From a virus: 40,883 bases of DNA. The stretch is from the UHGV virus genome UHGV-0848487, one strand, 5' to 3'. The notes beneath the pieces were generated by a model. That model made no database searches. It was not told where the DNA came from and saw nothing but the letters and a program-made list of their open reading frames with translations. Shown in pieces: positions 16,507 through 23,204 of this stretch (the stretch's first letter is position 1; each line of letters opens with the position of its first letter). The translations under genes and the position numbers were made by a program.

Positions 16507-16535
16507 ATAGTATCCTATTATGTTGGGGCGTGCAA
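16507..16535 (-). promoter_or_regulatory. sigma70-like promoter TTGCAC-N17-TACTAT (minus strand) overlapping GAATAG palindrome
   Basis: Minus strand TTGCACgccccaacataataggaTACTATtcactta, about 25 nt upstream of the 16472 gene. Confidence 0.5.
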
Positions 16536-16594
16536 GAGATTAGTTACGTTGCCGTTGTGATTCTTTCGTTTCTTAAAGGAGTACGCAACGCAGT

Positions 16595-16614
16595 GGGTGG
16601 GCGTTAGCCCACCC
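16595..16614. promoter_or_regulatory. GC-rich 8-bp hairpin GGGTGGGC-gtta-GCCCACCC in early intergenic region
   Basis: Perfect stem, no U-tract on either strand. Confidence 0.3.
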
Positions 16615-16779
16615 CAGCGGAGTGAAGTACTCTCTACCTCACTCACGGCAACTATAGAAACTTTTAATTATCAGTGACTTATGAAGGAGGGTAAAATTTA
16701 AATAGACGGGGGCTTTCTTGCCACTTGCTGTTACTGGGATGAAACTTAGATACTAACGTTACCAAGAGTACTGTTTAGC

Positions 16780-16802
16780 GCCCCGCTTTAGGGCGGGGCT
16801 TT
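16780..16802 (+). terminator. hairpin GCCCCGC-loop-GCGGGGC followed by TTTA
   Basis: Near-identical to the element at 5353..5372 but in opposite orientation. Confidence 0.35.
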
Positions 16803-16956
16803 AAGTACCCGAGACTTAAGAATGATGTTTCTAAGTAATTCTGAATTAAGGTCCTTCGATACATTGATTTTACAGCTACATTTTATTTTGTCAATAGGTT
16901 GTGTTTGGCTATTGTAGGTGTTATAGTTGTTTCACTTGATAAAGAGGGCACGTAAA

Positions 16957-17136
16957 ATGACACAGAAAGAAGTAGCAGACTTAATCGGAGTTTCTCCTAT
17001 GACGCTTAATCGCTGGCTGCGGTCGGGTAAGTTCCCTGAGTGTTGCCGGGTTATTAACGGCTACCGTCAGCCGGGTACGTTTGACCGCGCTACTGTGGAG
17101 GCGTGGATTAAGGAGAACGTAAAAGATGCTAACTAA
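16957..17136 (+). CDS. AlpA-like HTH transcriptional regulator
   Basis: Preferred ATG 16957 after AGAGGG; sequence EVADLIGVSPMTLNRWLRSGKFPE ... TVEAWIKEN matches AlpA/excisionase-like family pattern. Confidence 0.65.
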   Translation: MTQKEVADLIGVSPMTLNRWLRSGKFPECCRVINGYRQPGTFDRATVEAWIKENVKDAN

Positions 17137-17401
17137 ATTCCAGAAACATATATTAATGTGTGCACGCAGACTGACCGAAGCGAACGGCGCTTTTACGGTA
17201 GACGGGCTTCGGAGATACCGGTTGGATAATTACGGTGTAAACCCGATTAAACATGCTTTAGATGTGCTCGAGCGACATGGTGAGATTCTTAATAAAGGAA
17301 AGTTTTATCGGGCAACAAGAGCAACGCCGATTACAGAGAAAGCGAGAAGTATTGGAAAAGTGTTGGTCCCCGAGGGTAATATCTCCCGCGACCTGGAATA
17401 A
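17126..17401 (+). CDS. hypothetical protein (91 aa)
   Basis: ORF track; start overlaps AlpA-like stop. Confidence 0.45.
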   Translation: MLTKFQKHILMCARRLTEANGAFTVDGLRRYRLDNYGVNPIKHALDVLERHGEILNKGKFYRATRATPITEKARSIGKVLVPEGNISRDLE

Positions 17402-17459
17402 AAGAAAGCCCCGACGCGGTGAACGCCGAGGCTAAATTACTTGCTGAAGGAAATACAAC

Positions 17460-19745
17460 ATGTCCGATGTAATTTTATCCTACTCGTGGTCCCGTCGCAA
17501 CGCGCGGGCGGAGAAAAAGGATATAAACGTCAGAACCACACATACGGCAACACTGGATGACCTGAAAGAGTTAATTCAGCCGCTTGATGCTGTTCGTGAC
17601 GGGATTAACCCTAAGACCGCGCCAGGTTATATCACTGCCGCGTGCGATTCTATACACAGCACCGTAAAAGACCCGGAAACAGGTGACTTTAAGCAGGCCC
17701 GTAAAGGCTTCTTTTATCGCTGTGACGCGTCTGTAAGCAAATCGTCGCTGGCGTATCTGGACTTCGACAGCGCAACGCCGGAAGAGTACCAGGAAGCGGT
17801 GCGCCTGGTTAAACGCAGCCGCCTGGCTATGTGCCTCTACACCACGGCATCCCATACCGATGGGTCACCGCGCTTTCGCGTCGTCATGCCGCTGGGCCGC
17901 CCGGTAGAAGGCGGTGACATCATCCGTGTTCGTCATGGATTGCTGGAGCACTTCTTCAAAGGTATGGGTGCGGACCGCAGCGGGTTCACTCTGTCTCAGC
18001 CGATGTACCTGCCGCCGGTTGGCTCTACTGTTATCTGGTCGCGCCGCAACGACCTGATTGACCCGGACGAGTTACTGGAAGGCATCCCCGCCGTTGACGT
18101 TAGCAGCGCATCGGATTACCAGATACCGAAAGAACTGCGAACAGCGTTTACCGATGCGTTTGAAGCACTGGCGTTCGAGTACGGCGGTATTATGACCCCG
18201 CGCGGCCTTAAGATGCCCGCTACGCCGGAACACGCCGAGAACTACAGCGACCCGACACCGCGCCCGGATGACTTCCTGCTGTGCTTCCCGCGCGAGGGAT
18301 ATGAAGCGCCTAACGTAACCATGATTCACGACACCGACATTACGGCGACCGAGGGCATGTCACCGAAAGAGGTGTGGAAGTATGCGTGCGATGCAACCGG
18401 GCTGCCGTTCAGTGAAGTCGCAGAGGCCATCGGTTGGGGTGCACGTGAATCTGTTTCTTGCAGCCTGGACGACCTTGAAGACGACGAGGACTCAGAGGAG
18501 GACGAGTTACCGGAACCGGTAAAGGCTGATTTCGTCGTTGAAGGGTACATGCCGTCGGATTGCATATGGGATATCGTCGGGGAGTCCGGTACGTATAAAT
18601 CCTTCTATACGCTGGGGATGATGTACCTGAGCGCCACCGGATACCGGTTTGCGGGTGCTGACACCCAGCGTTGCCACCATTTCTATATCGACGGTGAAGG
18701 CGGCGCAGCTACCCGCACCCGTATCGATGCGCTCGCGGCTAAATATGGCGAGGAAGGTAAAGATTATGTACATGTTATAGACATGGGTGAAATACTCGGT
18801 ATGCGAGAGGATAAAAAACTTACAGCACTCATCCGTATGATGCGTGAAACAGCAGGAGAGGAACCGATCGGTATGATTGCGTTCGATACCCTCAACCAGA
18901 CGCTGGCCCTGACGATTGATAAGTTTGATGAGAACAGTTCATCAACTGCAATCGGCATGGGTAAAGTCATCGCTATCCTTAAAAAAGCGCGTGACGCGAC
19001 TAAAGCTGCGGTAGGCGTTGTACACCATACACCGAAGGGCGGAAAGAAAGCCCGAGGTAGTGGTGCGCTGTACGCTGGCGTCGATGTGGAGCTGACAATC
19101 GAACGCGCGACAGACCGTCAGATAAATGTATACCACTCTAAATTTAAGCATGGGCCGCAACAGAAGACGGTTGGTATGGTGCTTGAGTCGGTACAGTTCC
19201 GCGAAGCCCCGCCACCGAAAGAATACCGCGCGGTTGAGTTCCTCGGTAGCACAGAGGAATACGGCACAACCGTTAACCTCGACCTGCCTGAGCCGCACAA
19301 AGCGCTTGTGCTTATGCCGTGGGGCTTCGAACCGTTCAAGACCGACGAGGAGAAAGAGCGGGAAGAAGGACTGACTAAGGAAGGTAAAGAAAACGTACGT
19401 AGGACCATGGAGAACGCCGTCAACAGTTCGGAAGCCACGATACTGGCGGCGTTTGAACTGGCGGAAGGAACCTACAACGGCAACGAAGGTATCACGGTAG
19501 CCGCGGCAAATAAGCTCGCACAGTCTGACCCCAACGCGAAGGCGTTCAACTCCAAAGAAGTCATAGAACGCGGAAAGATTAAGAAAATGGTTGAGGCGGG
19601 GTATCTTGTACCTGGTACGGACGAAAACAATCAGATAATCCCGGGCCGTTACAGATTGAATACCCGAATAACGGACAACAAGATTCCGAAGACAATATAC
19701 GAACCGAATGAAATGCTGACAGTGACAGAGGAGGATTTGGAATAG
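17460..19745 (+). CDS. replication protein: primase-like N-terminal region fused to RecA-like/AAA ATPase (helicase-type) domain
   Basis: 761 aa; LAYLDFD acidic motif in N-terminal half; deviant Walker A GESGTYKS, Walker B-like IGMIAFDTLNQ, HHTPKGG motif in C-terminal half. Confidence 0.55.
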   Translation: MSDVILSYSWSRRNARAEKKDINVRTTHTATLDDLKELIQPLDAVRDGINPKTAPGYITAACDSIHSTVKDPETGDFKQARKGFFYRCDASVSKSSLAYLDFDSATPEEYQEAVRLVKRSRLAMCLYTTASHTDGSPRFRVVMPLGRPVEGGDIIRVRHGLLEHFFKGMGADRSGFTLSQPMYLPPVGSTVIWSRRNDLIDPDELLEGIPAVDVSSASDYQIPKELRTAFTDAFEALAFEYGGIMTPRGLKMPATPEHAENYSDPTPRPDDFLLCFPREGYEAPNVTMIHDTDITATEGMSPKEVWKYACDATGLPFSEVAEAIGWGARESVSCSLDDLEDDEDSEEDELPEPVKADFVVEGYMPSDCIWDIVGESGTYKSFYTLGMMYLSATGYRFAGADTQRCHHFYIDGEGGAATRTRIDALAAKYGEEGKDYVHVIDMGEILGMREDKKLTALIRMMRETAGEEPIGMIAFDTLNQTLALTIDKFDENSSSTAIGMGKVIAILKKARDATKAAVGVVHHTPKGGKKARGSGALYAGVDVELTIERATDRQINVYHSKFKHGPQQKTVGMVLESVQFREAPPPKEYRAVEFLGSTEEYGTTVNLDLPEPHKALVLMPWGFEPFKTDEEKEREEGLTKEGKENVRRTMENAVNSSEATILAAFELAEGTYNGNEGITVAAANKLAQSDPNAKAFNSKEVIERGKIKKMVEAGYLVPGTDENNQIIPGRYRLNTRITDNKIPKTIYEPNEMLTVTEEDLE

Positions 19746-19754
19746 GTAAAAATA

Positions 19755-19773
19755 AAGGGGCGTTAAGCCCCTT
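19755..19773 (-). terminator. hairpin AAGGGGC-gttaa-GCCCCTT, U-tract on minus strand
   Basis: Stop codon of the XRE-like gene lies in the loop; located 10 nt after the replication gene stop on the plus strand. Confidence 0.5.
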
Positions 19774-19978
19774 CACCCAACGCCAGCCACTTGGCATCTA
19801 CTTGCAGCACTTCCGCCAGTTTAAACAGCGTCGCTGGGCGGACGTCCTGAGTTACCCCAAGTGCCAGCTGGTTAATCGCGCCTTGGGAAACACCGGCCAG
19901 GACAGCCAGATGGCGCTGGGAGATACCGAGTTCTTTACGGCGTTGCTCTACACGGATACCTAGTTCAGATGGTTGCAT
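19763..19978 (-). CDS. XRE-family (Cro/CI-type) HTH transcriptional regulator
   Basis: 71 aa; LGISQRHLAVLAGVSQGAINQL helix-turn-helix; AAGGAG RBS; antisense to the replication module. Confidence 0.8.
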   Translation of the reverse strand: MQPSELGIRVEQRRKELGISQRHLAVLAGVSQGAINQLALGVTQDVRPATLFKLAEVLQVDAKWLALGEGA

Positions 19979-19998
19979 GTCAATTACTCCTTAGTCAG

Positions 19999-20027
19999 TT
20001 GATATGTGAATAGTACCATATTAATTA
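19999..20027 (+). promoter_or_regulatory. candidate promoter TTGATA-N17-TAATTA overlapping the divergent XRE promoter (-10 TACTAT on minus strand at 20010..20015)
   Basis: Contains GTGAATAGTA operator-like motif; face-to-face overlapping promoters. Confidence 0.4.
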
Positions 20028-20042
20028 TTTTAGAAAAGCCCA

Positions 20043-20071
20043 TTGACAAGTGAATAGTTCGCTATTATAGT
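20043..20071 (+). promoter_or_regulatory. strong sigma70-like promoter TTGACA-N17-TATAGT
   Basis: Consensus -35, 17-nt spacer containing GTGAATAGTtcgCTATTA palindrome, -10 TATAGT; 30 nt upstream of the 20103 gene. Confidence 0.6.
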
Positions 20072-20102
20072 TAGCCCATACCAAACGAGAGGAGAATAAA
20101 TA

Positions 20103-20612
20103 ATGTTAGAGAAATTCTTAGTATTACTGGAACGTTTCGTAGTTGCGCATGAACTGATTGCTGCGAACAGCGCGAAACGACCGATGCCGTCAACTGAGTG
20201 TGTAGGTGAAATGCTTGTAGATGTATCGGTTACCGGAGAGGTGCTTGGAGTCGACCCAGGCACTGGCGTCGGGAAAGAAATCCCGGTCGAAGGCGAGGGC
20301 CTCGTTGACACTAAACCTGCGGAAGAAGAGAAGCCGAAACGCAAGCCGCGTAAAGCTAAAGTAGAGGAGCCAACGCCAGAGCCGGAAGAAGAGAAAGAAG
20401 AAGTCGATTACCAGTCTCTGCGCGACCAGATTCAGGCTATCGACGATGCGATTAACGAAGGCCCAAGCGATGCCGCGTGCGACGATTCTGACGAACTGCT
20501 GGAAGAGTTTACCGGTAAGAAGATGAAGATTGCAGCGATTAAAGACGAAGACCTGGCTGAGTATCTGGAGCGCCTGACAGCAATCAAGAACAAGTATTTC
20601 GAAGAAGAATAA
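20103..20612 (+). CDS. highly acidic hypothetical protein
   Basis: 169 aa, Glu/Asp-rich with short basic patch KPKRKPRKAK; GAGGAG RBS; first gene after strong promoter. Confidence 0.55.
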   Translation: MLEKFLVLLERFVVAHELIAANSAKRPMPSTECVGEMLVDVSVTGEVLGVDPGTGVGKEIPVEGEGLVDTKPAEEEKPKRKPRKAKVEEPTPEPEEEKEEVDYQSLRDQIQAIDDAINEGPSDAACDDSDELLEEFTGKKMKIAAIKDEDLAEYLERLTAIKNKYFEEE

Positions 20613-20619
20613 CTATCCC

Positions 20620-20638
20620 GCGGCCTTCGGGCCGCTTT
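20620..20638 (+). terminator. hairpin GCGGCC-ttcg-GGCCGC followed by TTT
   Basis: Directly after acidic protein gene. Confidence 0.45.
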
Positions 20639-20655
20639 AACTGAGGGTCGGGATT

Positions 20656-20928
20656 ATGATTTACCAACTATACCGCGCCGTTGACCGGCGGGATACCACA
20701 GAGGCGCTATGGTTATTGCGTGCGCCGTCCGGTGCGCACCAGATGGAAGAGATGGCGTACTTAGGCAAAGTACCGCTGTCTAAAGATATAGGCCGTCACG
20801 TGTCGCAGATTAAGCGCACGACATTCGCCAAGCCTGACTTTTATGTCTTTGAGTCGATGTACAGCTGGGCTATGCACTGCGACCATAAGACACGACATTT
20901 AATTGACCAGTGGGAGAGCAGGGTATGA
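20656..20928 (+). CDS. hypothetical protein (90 aa)
   Basis: ORF track; RBS GAGGG. Confidence 0.45.
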   Translation: MIYQLYRAVDRRDTTEALWLLRAPSGAHQMEEMAYLGKVPLSKDIGRHVSQIKRTTFAKPDFYVFESMYSWAMHCDHKTRHLIDQWESRV

Positions 20929-21182
20929 ATTGGGTTAGTGTAAACGAAGCATTGCCGGAGTCAAAAGATGATTCTGTTTTAGTTTGCTCAGTAGATGGTG
21001 GTAAATATGACGATAACGGGTTCCCGGAAGGTGGGATCGATTTTGTACATATACAGGACTATTTCGACGACATTACGGCTGGGCTGGATGAGAACGGAAA
21101 TCAGCTATATACGAAACGGTATATCGAGATGGGCATAACTCACTGGATGTATTTACCGGAACTGCCGGAGGGCACTAAATGA
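20925..21182 (+). CDS. DUF551-like protein
   Basis: Preferred ATG 20925 (MNWVSV) overlapping upstream stop; C-terminal ITHWMYLPELPEG. Confidence 0.5.
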   Translation: MNWVSVNEALPESKDDSVLVCSVDGGKYDDNGFPEGGIDFVHIQDYFDDITAGLDENGNQLYTKRYIEMGITHWMYLPELPEGTK

Positions 21183-22432
21183 TGATCCTAAAAGAGCGCG
21201 GCGGCAATAACGATGTACACGCCTTACTATCACCGTCAGGCGCTAAAAAGTGGCTAACCTGCCCGGCTTCTCTGGCCTGTGAAAAAGATATTCCTAACAC
21301 GTCCGGTAAAGCCGCGGTATTAGGCACAGCTATGCACACCATAGCCGAGATGCATCTTAACCAGTACATCAAAGGTGCTGCGCTGCCGTTAGAGCGTGAA
21401 GTCGGCGCTTACGTGCTGGATGAAGGTAAAGGCCAGATTAAGGCGCTAATCAGCCCAATGAAAGGCGCGGTACTGGTTACGGCGGACATGATTGAGCAGG
21501 TGCGCAAGTACACCGACTACTGCAAAGCGATTATCGACGTAGCGACTTACGACAAGCTGGAAATGCGAGTCAATCTTACTGAGGTATTGCATCCTGGGTA
21601 TGAAGGTGTCGAGACGTTCGGAACGGCTGACCTCGTTGCTGTCCAGGAACTGGCGAACACCGACGAGCACATGCTCATTATTGGCGACCTTAAAACTGGA
21701 CGGCATCGTGTTGAAGCGAAAGAAAACAAGCAGCTTATGCTTTACGCTCTCGGTGTTTATCGCCGACTCAAGAGACGTTATAACATCACAGTAGTGCGCC
21801 TGGTCATCTTCCAGCCGTACGCGGGGGGTGCGTCAGAGTGGGACATCTCGGTCGAAGGTCTGGAACTGTTCGCTAAGTTCGCACAGAAACGGGCACTGTT
21901 AGCGCTTGATGCTTATTTCCGTGGAAAGAAGAACCTGAAAGCGTCGGACTTTAAACCGTCGGTCGATGGTTGCCAGTGGTGCCGGTTCTCTGAACAGTGT
22001 GCCGCGCGTACAAAGACGGTTAATTCTGTACTGGCGGAAGAACTTGAAGACGACTTTGTGCTGGAACTGACGACGGAGCAACTCGTAGTTGAGTATGAGA
22101 AGTTGCCGCTGTTACGCCAGCACATCGACAAGGTTGAGAAAGCGATGTCCGCCGCATTGCATTCCGGTAAGAAAGTTCCTGGGTACAAGCTGGTTGAAGG
22201 TAAGATGGGCAACCGTGCGTGGAAAGATGCCGATGCGATTGAAGTGTCACACGGCGACATTCTCAAAAAAGAGGTATTGATGACCCCTACGGAGGCAGCA
22301 AAAGTTCTTTCGGCGGATGAGATGGCAGCGCTTGAGCCGTTTATTACCCGTAAGCCGGGCGCACCATGTGTCGCAACGGCAGACGACAAACGTCCTGAGT
22401 GGAATCAGGTTAGTGAAGAAGATTTGGAATAA
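21179..22432 (+). CDS. PD-(D/E)XK exonuclease, Cas4/RecB-like with Cys cluster
   Basis: GTADLVAV ... IIGDLKTG nuclease motifs; C-terminal CQWCRFSEQC; 417 aa. Confidence 0.6.
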   Translation: MMILKERGGNNDVHALLSPSGAKKWLTCPASLACEKDIPNTSGKAAVLGTAMHTIAEMHLNQYIKGAALPLEREVGAYVLDEGKGQIKALISPMKGAVLVTADMIEQVRKYTDYCKAIIDVATYDKLEMRVNLTEVLHPGYEGVETFGTADLVAVQELANTDEHMLIIGDLKTGRHRVEAKENKQLMLYALGVYRRLKRRYNITVVRLVIFQPYAGGASEWDISVEGLELFAKFAQKRALLALDAYFRGKKNLKASDFKPSVDGCQWCRFSEQCAARTKTVNSVLAEELEDDFVLELTTEQLVVEYEKLPLLRQHIDKVEKAMSAALHSGKKVPGYKLVEGKMGNRAWKDADAIEVSHGDILKKEVLMTPTEAAKVLSADEMAALEPFITRKPGAPCVATADDKRPEWNQVSEEDLE

Positions 22433-22436
22433 AGTG

Positions 22437-22465
22437 TTGACACCTGAATAGTTAGCTATTATAGT
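22437..22465 (+). promoter_or_regulatory. sigma70-like promoter TTGACA-N17-TATAGT
   Basis: Near-duplicate of promoter at 20043..20071 including TGAATAGTtagCTATTA palindrome. Confidence 0.6.
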
Positions 22466-22518
22466 TCTAATCACTGGCCGGGCAGTTCCCGGAGTAAACT
22501 GAAAAGCGAGAAATCACG

Positions 22519-23145
22519 ATGGGTATTAAACTGAATCTGCGTAAAGTAAACACTGCATGGGTTAACGTATTCGAACGCGAAAAAGACCGTGAAAACGATG
22601 ATGGCTCAATCACTAAAGGCCAGTACAGCGCGACTATCATCCTGCCGTCTGACCACGCACAAATCGACGCGCTCTACGACACCGTTTACGCTGTGGTTGA
22701 AGAAGCGTTGGGCGCAGCTGCCGCTGAGAAGTGGATGAAGTCCAACTACGGCGAAGGTAAGCACATGGATAAATGTGCGATTAAAGACATTGCCGAGCGC
22801 GACAATCCGTTTGAAGACTTCCCGGAAGGCTTCTACTTCAAGGCGAAGGCACAGAAACAGCCACTGATTGTAACCTCTAAAAAAGGCGAGACTCAGGTAG
22901 AACAGGACTTCAATGTAGACGGCGAACAGATTGAAGGTGAACAGGTTTACAGCGGCTGCGTCGCTAACGTAAGCGTTGAAATCTGGTTCAGTCAGAAATA
23001 TAAAGTCCTCGGCGTTAACCTGCTGGCGATTAAATACATTGGCGAAGGCAAAGCGTTTGGCGGTTCTAAAGTCGCTGCCAGCGTAAATGACCTGGAAGAC
23101 GACGAAGAAGATGAAGCACCGCGCCGCGAGCGTCGTCGTCGCTAA
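22519..23145 (+). CDS. ssDNA-binding protein-like (T7 gp2.5-type, putative)
   Basis: 208 aa with acidic C-terminal tail DLEDDEEDEA; position immediately upstream of DNA polymerase. Confidence 0.4.
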   Translation: MGIKLNLRKVNTAWVNVFEREKDRENDDGSITKGQYSATIILPSDHAQIDALYDTVYAVVEEALGAAAAEKWMKSNYGEGKHMDKCAIKDIAERDNPFEDFPEGFYFKAKAQKQPLIVTSKKGETQVEQDFNVDGEQIEGEQVYSGCVANVSVEIWFSQKYKVLGVNLLAIKYIGEGKAFGGSKVAASVNDLEDDEEDEAPRRERRRR

Positions 23146-23164
23146 TATCTGAATCAATTTAACT

Positions 23165-23187
23165 AAGGCCCTTCATTGGGCCTTTTT
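23165..23187 (+). terminator. hairpin AAGGCCC-ttcatt-GGGCCTT followed by TTT
   Basis: Between SSB-like gene and polymerase. Confidence 0.45.
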
Positions 23188-23204
23188 ACTAAGGGTCAAA
23201 AATA

